A DNA stretch of 64,000 nt, taken from assembly GCA_963806225.1 (NCBI GenBank), contig CAWDXG010000004.1, positions 3,968,001-4,032,000 on the forward strand. Direction: 5' to 3'. The notes under the pieces were generated by a model. That model was not told where the DNA came from. It worked only from the letters and a program-made list of their open reading frames with translations, and made no database searches. Shown one piece after another: positions 19,821-28,053 of this stretch (position 1 is its first letter; each line of letters starts with the position of its first letter). Origin of the DNA: an uncultured delta proteobacterium (lineage in GTDB: Bacteria > Myxococcota_A > Polyangia > Polyangiales > Polyangiaceae). Made by a program: the position numbers and the translations under genes.

Positions 19821-19865
19821 GCACGGCGGCGGCGCGATCAAGTTCCTGCAACCGCGCTGGGCGAT
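19819..19865 (+). repeat. Scar: ATPase fragment (VHGGGAIKFLQPRWAI)
   Basis: 44/47 identical to 16567-16613; fused to the R2 right end. Confidence 0.95.
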
Positions 19866-19883
19866 CACGCTATCTCACGGCGT

Positions 19884-20384
19884 TCACTTGCCGGAGGCGA
19901 GAGCGAGGGGGACGACCACGTCTCCGCACTTGAGGCGGGTGGGCCACTTCTTCTCGGGATAGGAAAAGATGAGCCAGCGGTCGAGCTTGTCGCCGGGCGC
20001 CAGGATCTCGACCCCCGCGACGGGCGCCGAACCGAGCCCCGTCCTCTCTACGACCACACCGGGAAGATAGGCGTCGGCACCGTCGTCGAGATCGCATCGG
20101 TCCCAGTTGAAGCGCCGCTTCTGTGGGCTCGTGTTGGTCAGTTCCACCTCCACCCAGAGAAAGCGCTGCCCGTCCTGGGGCTCGAAGGTAGTGGTCCCTG
20201 TGCTGTACGCATTCGCGCCGTCGAGGACGTCCTTCGTCGCGATGTTCCAGGCGCCCGCACTGGCGGAGGCAGGCCGCTGCAGGATCGACTCCGCGCATCC
20301 ACTCGCAAAGAGAAGCAGAGCCACCGCGACCGCGCTCGAGAACCGGCCCACGAGAGACTGACTAGAGCTTGTGACATTCCCCAT
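19884..20384 (-). CDS. DUF4352-like Ig-fold lipoprotein
   Basis: Lipobox ASGC, FLWVEVELTN, ILAPG..WLIFSYP. Confidence 0.55.
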   Translation of the reverse strand: MGNVTSSSQSLVGRFSSAVAVALLLFASGCAESILQRPASASAGAWNIATKDVLDGANAYSTGTTTFEPQDGQRFLWVEVELTNTSPQKRRFNWDRCDLDDGADAYLPGVVVERTGLGSAPVAGVEILAPGDKLDRWLIFSYPEKKWPTRLKCGDVVVPLALASGK

Positions 20385-20402
20385 GATAGTATCTCTGAGG
20401 AA

Positions 20403-21113
20403 ATGCTAGCTCGTATCCAGCGCCCGAGTCGACCACGGATCGCCGCGGTCGCTGCCGGAGCGCTCGCACTGCTGTGCCTGTGCCGACCCGCGCTCGCGGA
20501 TGCCAAAGGCGGCGGTAGTGGAGCCCGAAAGCCGGGGAAGGTGGTCAACCCCGAGGAGGTCGTCAACCCGGAGGAGGTCGTCACGGACGATGATGCCAAG
20601 ACCGCTTCGGGGCCACCGACCTCGCTGTGCATCATCCAGGAGAGTCCCGACACGTCGAAGCTGTTGTTCGTGACCTATGCCACGCACGACATGTGGCGGC
20701 CCTGTCGCAGTCGGAACCGCATGCCCATGACGTACGCCGACTACTACAAGGCCGTCGGGCGCCCAGACCTGCTGGCCTCTCAAGATCGCCGCTACACGAC
20801 AGAGACGGTCCTCTTCTGGAGCCAATTGGCGCTCACCGTGGGCGCCTTCGGTTTTGCGGCGGTCGCCGTATTCGGCAACAACAGCACGTACTGGTGGCCC
20901 GCGGGCGGTGCGGCCGCCGGTGCGATCACGATCGGAATCATCCGTGGTGCGCAATCGCCGCTGCCTATCGACTCGAACGAAGCGGTCCGCCTTGCAGACC
21001 AGTACAATAGCGGCAGCACGCACGCGCCCGTCCGGAAGCAGGAGGGTTTCCTGCCTGATCCACCCGGCGCCCATCGCCAGCTCGTGGTTCCGATCGTGGC
21101 GGGGTATTTCTGA
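20403..21113 (+). CDS. Hypothetical secreted/membrane protein
   Basis: RBS GAGG, signal peptide, VVNPEE x2, two TM segments. Confidence 0.55.
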   Translation: MLARIQRPSRPRIAAVAAGALALLCLCRPALADAKGGGSGARKPGKVVNPEEVVNPEEVVTDDDAKTASGPPTSLCIIQESPDTSKLLFVTYATHDMWRPCRSRNRMPMTYADYYKAVGRPDLLASQDRRYTTETVLFWSQLALTVGAFGFAAVAVFGNNSTYWWPAGGAAAGAITIGIIRGAQSPLPIDSNEAVRLADQYNSGSTHAPVRKQEGFLPDPPGAHRQLVVPIVAGYF

Positions 21114-21186
21114 TAGCGCTCGAGGGCTGCCGCGACGCCTTGTTGGCGCATGACTCCACGCTCGTGTGTTGTGGCTTCGCGGCGCT

Positions 21187-21675
21187 TCAGCTGGCCACGG
21201 GCCAGCCGCGGGCTTTGGCCCAGGCGGCGTAGTCCGCCAGAAGCGCGGGGTAGTCCTCGTTCGCCGGGAACTCGTCGTAGCGCTTCACCGCCGGCGTGGT
21301 CACCCACGTCAGCTTGGTGGCGGCGTACGTCTCCATGTAGGGCGAAAACCAGCTCGCATCGTCCAGAAGCGTGGCCCGCACGTTCACGATACCGAACTGG
21401 TCGATGTGCGTAAGCACCCACGTCTTGCAGCGGTCGCAGCACATGTGGCGGATGTCGCCATCCGGAACGCCTCCGCGCACCAGCTCGCCGCGTGTCACTT
21501 CCACACGGCCCGCGGGGAGGATCAGCGACAGGGAAAAGGCGCTGGAGCTCATGCGCTGACATCCGCGGCAGTGGCAGACGGCCGTTGCAATCGGCGGCGC
21601 CGCCACTCGAAAGCCGACCTCGCCACAGCGACACTGGCCTTCCCACGGCAGCAGACCCGGTGCGTCTTCAGCCAT
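21187..21675 (-). CDS. GFA (CENP-V) family protein
   Basis: GQCRCG, CHCRGCQR, CDRC. Confidence 0.85.
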   Translation of the reverse strand: MAEDAPGLLPWEGQCRCGEVGFRVAAPPIATAVCHCRGCQRMSSSAFSLSLILPAGRVEVTRGELVRGGVPDGDIRHMCCDRCKTWVLTHIDQFGIVNVRATLLDDASWFSPYMETYAATKLTWVTTPAVKRYDEFPANEDYPALLADYAAWAKARGWPVAS

Positions 21676-21758
21676 CGCGGCAAGATAGCAGAGGCGGGCC
21701 GCCTTGACTCCGTCTCCGCGAGTCACGACCGTCACCTACACCGTGGAGCCGCATTCCC

Positions 21759-21825
21759 GAGGGCCCCGCCCGCGCAGCACGGACGGGCGCTCGAACGTCG
21801 CGCTTCGCGGGGGAGCATCCTTTGT
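21759..21825 (+). repeat. Repeat R3 (right half only)
   Basis: CCCCGCCCGCGC..AGCACGGACGGGCGCTCGAACGTCGCGCT..GCGGGGGAGCATCC matches R4. Confidence 0.9.
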
Positions 21826-21832
21826 TGGCAGC

Positions 21833-21869
21833 CCGCGCCGGCGCGGCAACGCGGACCGCGCCGGCGCGG
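21833..21869. repeat. Two copies of the 14-bp palindrome CCGCGCCGGCGCGG
   Basis: At 21833-21846 and 21856-21869; four more copies lie inside the HNH ORF. Confidence 0.9.
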
Positions 21870-21935
21870 GTTTTGGTGCGGGCAATGTGGAAGCGAAAGC
21901 CGTCAGCGCAGGCGCGTCGAATGTGGATTTCGTGC

Positions 21936-22936
21936 TGTTGCAGGTCAGTGACTCCGTCGCCCTTACTGCACAGTGAAAATGTCACCCCCTTCCACCTAGG
22001 AAGGGCGGACGCAGATGAGCGAGCGGCAATGGCGTATTTTGAGCTTGCTGGAGCGGCTGGAGCGAGGCGAAGTCACTGTCGGGGAGGTTGCAGCGAGCGT
22101 GGGGTGGTCGAGGCGACAGGTGCAGCGGATGCGCAAGCGTCTGGCCCAGCAGGGCGCTCCCGGACTCGTGCATGGCAACGCTGGCAGGGCGCCGAAGCAC
22201 AGGACGCCGCAGGAGCTCCGTGAGCAGGTGGTGATGCTGCGCCGGGGCAAGTACGCTGGTTTCAACGACCAGCACTTCACCGAGAAGCTGGTGGAAGTGG
22301 AGGGGCTCGAGCTGTCACGGGAGACGGTTCGCCGCATACTGCGCGAAGCGGGGATTGGCTGGCCTCGCAAGCCTGATGGGCGCCATCGACGATGCTACGG
22401 GGGAGCTGCTGCCAGGCGCCCAGTTCACCGAGCAGGAGTGCACGGTGGGCTATCTGCGCGTGCTGCGCGACATCCTGCTGCACAAGGGAATTCCCCACAC
22501 CGTGTACGGCGATCGCCACAGCAGCCTGAAACGCAACGACAAGCACTGGACGCTCGAGGAGGAGTCGGCGGGCCGGCAGGAGCGCGCCTTCCCACCACAC
22601 GAAGGTGCTGGACCTATGCGCTCTGCACTACGTCCGGAAGGTCTACAAGAACCACACCGTGCATATCAACGGTCGCGTCGTCGACATCCCCAGACGACCC
22701 GATGCTCGCTACGCAACGTACGCGGGCAAGGGGGTCATCGTGAAGCACCTGCTCTCCGACGACTACCGCGTCTTCCATGACGGACAGTGCATCGCGTGGG
22801 CTCGTGGCGAACGACCGAAGGCAACCTCAGCGCCGGCAGGAAGACCAAACGACAACACGACAAGCCAAGGAACGACGAGGTGGGGTGACAGTTTCACAGA
22901 GCAGTTGAGGGGTGACATTTTCACGTTGCTCTGACA
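21936..22936 (+). mobile_element. IS1202-family (formerly ISNCY) insertion sequence, internally deleted
   Basis: TGT...ACA ends; repeated GTGA-N4-GTC(A/G)CCC sites at both ends; 16-bp direct repeat AATGTGGATTTCGTGC at 21920-21935 and 22937-22952. Confidence 0.85.
22015..22934 (+). pseudogene. DDE transposase remnant in three frames
   Basis: HTH..LVHGNAGR..HFTEKL; GAIDDATG..YGDRHS; C-terminal RKV..NHTV; segments carrying the first Asp and the Glu appear deleted. Confidence 0.85.
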
Positions 22937-23136
22937 AATGTGGATTTCGTGCTTGACAGGTTTCCGGGGGCATCAAGTTTCGATTGCGCGGGTTCGAGCG
23001 AAGAGCGCGGTTGCTCGAGCCAGATCGCGCACTGACGCGCTGGCGTTTGCGGGAGGCAAATTCAAACGATCGGAGCCGCGAAAGCGCGCCTGCTTCGCTC
23101 CAGCGAAGCGTCGAAAGCGGGGTGTAGGGTGCAGTC

Positions 23137-24456
23137 ATGAATGCGCTCGTCACCCACACGGATTCTGGCCGTTTCGATCTCGCCGCGCTCTCCGACGAGG
23201 CGCTGCTCGTGGGGACGCGCAGGCTGGTCGCGTCGGCGAACCACACGCTCGCCGCGCTGCTGGCGCATCTTGCGGAGGTGGAGGCGCGGGGGATCCACCG
23301 GGTGCGGGCGTGCTCAAGCCTGTACACGTATTGCATCTACGAGCTGCGCATGTCGGAGGACGCGGCGTTCCGGCGCGCTAAGGCGGCGCGGCTGTGCCGG
23401 CGCTTTTTGGCGCTGTACGACGCGGTCGCCGCGGGCGAGCTGCATCTGACGGGGCTCTTGATGCTGGGGGCGCACCTCACGCAGGACAACTGCGGCGAGG
23501 TGCTGGCGCGGGCGCGCTTCCGCAGCAAGCGAGAGATCGCGAAGCTGGTGCGCGAGCTGGATCCGCTGCCGGATGTGCCGGCGCGCGTCGAGCCGCTCGG
23601 ACCGGAGCTGGCAACGCCGCGCGCGCCCACGTGGGGACAGTTCGCGGCGTCGTTCAATCCGGTGCGGGAGCTTCCGCCGGGGGAGAGGCCGGCGGATTGG
23701 ATCGATGGCGCGGCGGACGGCGACGCGGACTACGACGGCGCGAACGAGCGCAGCGAGTCGACACCCGCGCCGGCGCGGGCGGCCCAGCGCTACAAGGTGC
23801 AGTTCACGGCCTCGCAGGAGTACGTCGAGCTGCTCGAGCGGGCCTGCGATCTGCTTTCGCACGCCGTGCCCGACCGGTCGATCGAGGAGGTGCACCTGCG
23901 CGCGCTGCGCGAGCTGGTCGCGATGCTCGAGAAGAAGAAGTACGCGGCGACGGACAAGCCGCGCCGGCGCGGGGACGGCGACAAGACGGCAGCGTCGAAG
24001 TCGAGCGGTGGCGACAACCCGCGCCGGCGCGGCGCGGACAACAGCGCGGAATCACTGCGGCGCGCCAACGCGGGCCCGCGCCGGCGCGGCATTCCGGCGG
24101 CCGTCCGCCGCGCTGTCCGCGAGCGCGACGGGGCGCGCTGCACGTTCGTGGACGCGCGGGGGCAGCGCTGTCTCGAGACGGCGCTGCTCGAGCTACATCA
24201 CGAAGTGCCGTTCGCGCGCGGCGGGCCGGCCACGGCGGAGAACCTCCGCCTGCGCTGCCGCGCGCACAATGCGCTGGCGGCCGAGCGCGACTTCGGGCGC
24301 GGGTTCATGCAAGCTGCGGACACCGCCGCCGGACGGGTGAGCGCGGGGCGGCACCAAGCAGCCAGTGCGCCGCCGTGTCGTTGGGACCTCTCGCGCACGC
24401 GCAGCCCGGCAAGCCGTAGCGCGTGCGCTGCGCCGGCCGGGCGAGCATGCGCTTGA
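23137..24456 (+). CDS. HNH endonuclease with DUF222-like N-terminal region
   Basis: LLAHLAEVEARG..SSLYTYC; RDGARC..C..LELHHEVPFARGG..NLRLRCRAHN; ORF ends inside R4. Confidence 0.9.
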   Translation: MNALVTHTDSGRFDLAALSDEALLVGTRRLVASANHTLAALLAHLAEVEARGIHRVRACSSLYTYCIYELRMSEDAAFRRAKAARLCRRFLALYDAVAAGELHLTGLLMLGAHLTQDNCGEVLARARFRSKREIAKLVRELDPLPDVPARVEPLGPELATPRAPTWGQFAASFNPVRELPPGERPADWIDGAADGDADYDGANERSESTPAPARAAQRYKVQFTASQEYVELLERACDLLSHAVPDRSIEEVHLRALRELVAMLEKKKYAATDKPRRRGDGDKTAASKSSGGDNPRRRGADNSAESLRRANAGPRRRGIPAAVRRAVRERDGARCTFVDARGQRCLETALLELHHEVPFARGGPATAENLRLRCRAHNALAAERDFGRGFMQAADTAAGRVSAGRHQAASAPPCRWDLSRTRSPASRSACAAPAGRACA

Positions 24457-24533
24457 GGGACCCCGCCCGCGCGGAGCGCAGCGAGCACGGACGGGCGCTC
24501 GAACGTCGCGCTCTGCGGGGGAGCATCCCTGGT
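24383..24533 (+). repeat. Repeat R4 (full length, 151 bp)
   Basis: Near-identical to R1; overlaps the HNH 3' end. Confidence 0.95.
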
Positions 24534-24540
24534 TCATCCA

Positions 24541-25110
24541 TCACTGGAGGTGAACCAGCTGGACCTCTCGATCGCCGCGGGTTCCCCAGCTCACAGCAAT
24601 GATGGGAAGCGCGTCGGGAATCAAGGTGATCTCCCAGTACTCGCGCGTGGTCCCGGCTGGTACCGGTTGGAAGTCCTTGGTCAGGAACGGAGGTGTCTTG
24701 TCCGGGTCCAGATAGGAGTTGCTCTGAGCCGGCACGGTTATGCTGCGCGCATATGTGGCGTCCGGGTTCCGGAGGGCCATGCTCAGGATAGACGGAGCGA
24801 TGCTCCCGCTCTGCGTCCCGCGGTTGGTGATCTTCAGATGCAGCCGCTCGAAGTGATAGCCCTCGTCGGCCCTCATGGCGACGGGCGTCTTCTCGCCCTC
24901 GAGGACGGCGATACGCCGGATCTTCTTGCCTAGATTCTTCCCGTCGATGACTACGCAGTCCCACTTCATACCGCCGATGGAGCGATCGAACGAGAACGTC
25001 TGCCCTAGGCCGATCCGCCGCGCGTGGTTCTCGTGTTTTTTGCACGACAAGAGAAGTACTGCTGCCGCGAGGAACGACAACAGCGTGACAGGGACCCTGC
25101 GTCTCGTCAT
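24541..25110 (-). CDS. Hypothetical lipoprotein (DUF4352-like)
   Basis: Lipobox LLSC, LHLKITN, VPAG.T..Y..T.IP. Confidence 0.5.
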   Translation of the reverse strand: MTRRRVPVTLLSFLAAAVLLLSCKKHENHARRIGLGQTFSFDRSIGGMKWDCVVIDGKNLGKKIRRIAVLEGEKTPVAMRADEGYHFERLHLKITNRGTQSGSIAPSILSMALRNPDATYARSITVPAQSNSYLDPDKTPPFLTKDFQPVPAGTTREYWEITLIPDALPIIAVSWGTRGDREVQLVHLQ

Positions 25111-25202
25111 GTCGCGACGACGCTAACATCTGGCACATCCTCGCGCACAGGGAAGGGTTGAAGCGCTGCCTCCGTACGAGGGGAGAACCCAGGGTGTACA
25201 GC

Positions 25203-26264
25203 ATGAAACGTATCTTCCAGCTTCTGGCTCTCGCGGCCAGCATCGGCCTGCCGGCGTGTAGCTCAGGCGGGCGCGGCAGCCTTCCCTGCACGGACGCGGG
25301 ATGTAGCGGTTCGGGCGGCTCCAGTGCGAGCGGCGGCTCCAGCAGCGGCGGCTCCAGTGCGAGCGGCGGCTCCAGTGCGAGCGGCGGCTCCGGTGCGAGC
25401 GGCGGCTCCGGTGCGAGCGGCGGCTCCGGTGCGAGCGGCGGCTCCGGTGCGGGCGGCTCGGGCGGCGGTCCATGCACTGTCTGCCCGAAGGGCTGCTTCA
25501 ATCTGGACAACGACGCGAACAACTGCGGGAGCTGCGGATACCAGTGCCCCGCTCCCTCCGGCGCGAACATGAAAGCGGTGTGCAGCTCGGGCAAATGCTC
25601 GACCGTGTGCACCGGCGGCACGGTGGCCTGCGGCTCCGCCTGCACCGACACCAAGACCGACCGGGACAACTGCGGGGGCTGCGCGGGCGCCGGGGGCGCG
25701 GTCTGTCACGGCACCCAGAGCTGCGTGAACGGCGTCTGCAAGTGCCCCGCGGGGCAGACCTTCTGCGGCTCCAGCTGCGCCAACCTCTCCAGCGACCCGT
25801 ACAACTGCTCCACCTGCGGCAAGGTCTGCGGGACCTGCACCAACGGCGTCTGCGCGTGCAAGGGCGCGGGCGGCTCCTGCTCGGTCGACACCCAGTGCTG
25901 CAGCGGCAGCTGCAACCTTTCCACCGGCAAGTGCGCCACGGCGCCCATCGGCGGGCAGTGCAAGAACCCGGCCGACTGCCAGTCCAACGACTGCGCCAGC
26001 GGCAAGTGCGCCTGCATGGCGGTGAACAGCACCAACTGCACCGGCGACGAGAATTGCTGCTCCGGCTGGTGCAACTTCGGGCAGTGCCATTGCGGCTACG
26101 ACGGCTCGCCTTGCCAGAGCGCCTCGGATTGCTGCAACAACAACTGCGTCAATGGGTTCTGCGCGTGCCGGAACACCAGCTGCACCGCGGGCACCACCAA
26201 GGGCGGCTCCATCGTCGACACCTGCTGCAGCGGTTCGTGCTACGGCGACGGCACCTGTCACTGA
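25203..26264 (+). CDS. Cys-rich lipoprotein with Gly/Ser linker (D..NCG.CG repeats)
   Basis: Lipobox LPAC, 18-bp GGSSAS/GGSGAS repeats, STIG1-like Cys repeats. Confidence 0.8.
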   Translation: MKRIFQLLALAASIGLPACSSGGRGSLPCTDAGCSGSGGSSASGGSSSGGSSASGGSSASGGSGASGGSGASGGSGASGGSGAGGSGGGPCTVCPKGCFNLDNDANNCGSCGYQCPAPSGANMKAVCSSGKCSTVCTGGTVACGSACTDTKTDRDNCGGCAGAGGAVCHGTQSCVNGVCKCPAGQTFCGSSCANLSSDPYNCSTCGKVCGTCTNGVCACKGAGGSCSVDTQCCSGSCNLSTGKCATAPIGGQCKNPADCQSNDCASGKCACMAVNSTNCTGDENCCSGWCNFGQCHCGYDGSPCQSASDCCNNNCVNGFCACRNTSCTAGTTKGGSIVDTCCSGSCYGDGTCH

Positions 26265-26445
26265 GGGCAGGCGGGGCAGGGCTGGTTCACGGACAGTTGA
26301 TCGTCCTGGACGCTTCGTTCGAGTAGGTGCTCTCGACGCCCGTGCTGCCCAGCCGGGCGCGGCGCCGCGCGTTCATGCGCCGCAACAAGCCGGCGTCCGC
26401 TTCCACGCCGCACCATCTCGCGTGTCTCGATGATAGGATGGACGG

Positions 26446-27393
26446 ATGCGGAAGCGATGCGCCGTTCTGGTTTTGCCGCTGCTGCTGCTCGGATGCGGCT
26501 CCGGATCGTCCGGTGGACCGGCGACCCACACCGGGCTCTTCGAGTTCGGCAAGGCGGTCGGCGAACCGCTGGCGCGCGACTCCGGCTACCTCTACTGGGT
26601 CGGTGCGAAAGGCATCGTGCGCGCGCCGCTCGCCGGCGGCGCGACGACCACGATTGCCGGCGGCGGCGTGTTCAACTGCTACGGGCTCGCCGTCGACGGA
26701 CAGGCCGCGTACTGGACGAACTTCGATGATCATACCGTGTCCAAGGTGGCGGCATCGGGCGGCACGCCAGTGGTGCTTGCGACGAACCAGGATCAGGACT
26801 ACGCCATCGTGAAGGGCGGTGCGAGCGTGTTCTGGGAGGTGAACCCGAGCGCGGCCCAGGCCTCGTTGATGACGGTGCCGAAGTCCGGAGGCGCGACCCA
26901 GACGTTCGCGACGTCCCCGACGCAGTACTTCGGCGCGCTCGCCGCCGACGACAGCGCCGTCTACTACGCCCTAGCGGAATCGAGCACGATCGAGTCGGTG
27001 CCGCTCGCGGGTGGCGCGCCGTCCAAGGTGGCCGGATTCGACGCCGGACCCGTCACGCGGATGGTCGTGGACGGTGGCACGCTCTATTTCACGAGCTTCG
27101 AGGGCAACGCGATCGGTTCGGTGCCGGTCTCCGGCGGCACGCCGACCACGCTGGCGAAGGACCTGCCCGCCCCGAGGCACCTGGCCGTCGACGGGGGCTT
27201 CGTCTACTTCACGGCGCAAGGACCCCACGGCGTGTCGAACCAGGCGAGCATCCTACGCGTTCCGGTCGCGGGTGGAACGCCCGAGACGCTCGCATCCGGA
27301 CGCCCGTCGAACGGGCTCGGCGACATCGCCGTCGGTCCGACCTACGTGTACTGGATTGAGCAGGCCGGCAACTTGATGGCGACCACCAAGTAG
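26446..27393 (+). CDS. Beta-propeller lipoprotein (DUF5050-like)
   Basis: Lipobox LLGC; repeated LAVD..YW/F..VP..GG.P..LA. Confidence 0.7.
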   Translation: MRKRCAVLVLPLLLLGCGSGSSGGPATHTGLFEFGKAVGEPLARDSGYLYWVGAKGIVRAPLAGGATTTIAGGGVFNCYGLAVDGQAAYWTNFDDHTVSKVAASGGTPVVLATNQDQDYAIVKGGASVFWEVNPSAAQASLMTVPKSGGATQTFATSPTQYFGALAADDSAVYYALAESSTIESVPLAGGAPSKVAGFDAGPVTRMVVDGGTLYFTSFEGNAIGSVPVSGGTPTTLAKDLPAPRHLAVDGGFVYFTAQGPHGVSNQASILRVPVAGGTPETLASGRPSNGLGDIAVGPTYVYWIEQAGNLMATTK

Positions 27394-27553
27394 AGCCACC
27401 GACCGGTGACGAGGGACGCGTCGGGCTGGCGAGCAGTGACGCTGCACCAGTACGTGCGCACTCTGCAACGTGGTGGGCTTTCTGGTTCTGGCATTCCTCG
27501 TGCCGGACAAGAGGTAGGCGAAGCGCTCGCGGTGCGGCTACCGCGGGCAGCTC

Positions 27554-27982
27554 TTGCGCCTGTTCGGGGTGATCTGGCTTTCGATCGGCGGCGGCGCTGC
27601 GGTCGTGGCGCCCGCCACAGGAGTCACCCAGGTGTTGATCGGAACAAGTGTGGGCGGCGGCATAGCGATGGTCGCGCTCGGATTGTGGCTGGCGGGCTGG
27701 TCGCGCAAGCGCTCCGGAATGCGCGTGTTCCGCGACGGGCTGGAGGCCAGCGGAGAGGTCGTAAACGTACGTCAGGACCTCGCCGTGCGCGTCAACGGTC
27801 AGCATCCCTGGAAAGTGGACTACAGCTTCTGGGCGTCGAAGGGTGGCGCGACGCGCGGCACCGAAACGTTCTGGGGCGACAAGCCTGCTGTGAAGGTCGG
27901 CGAGAGCGTGGTGGTGCTCTACGATCCGGAACGCCCTGCGCAATGCGCACTCTGGACGTTGCCCGACGCGCCGGCGCGCTGA
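27554..27982 (+). CDS. DUF3592-like membrane protein, probably 5'-truncated
   Basis: Two TM segments, then VNGQHPWKVDYSF..VVVLYDPERP; in-frame stop at 27515. Confidence 0.55.
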   Translation: MRLFGVIWLSIGGGAAVVAPATGVTQVLIGTSVGGGIAMVALGLWLAGWSRKRSGMRVFRDGLEASGEVVNVRQDLAVRVNGQHPWKVDYSFWASKGGATRGTETFWGDKPAVKVGESVVVLYDPERPAQCALWTLPDAPAR

Positions 27983-28053
27983 GCCGGCTGCATCGCCGTC
28001 GCGCAGGGGCTGCCACTTGTAGCGCCGCCGCGACAGTGACAGCTTCTGATCCC

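Noticed and set aside
15997..24533. R repeats as integron attC sites or CRISPR repeats
   Set aside because: No RYYYAAC/GTTRRRY box pair, no IntI, kilobase and irregular spacing, and intervening genes lie on both strands
27967..27978. 12-bp core CGCGCCGGCGCG of the HNH palindrome
   Set aside because: Lacks the outer base pair, is isolated, and is plausible by chance
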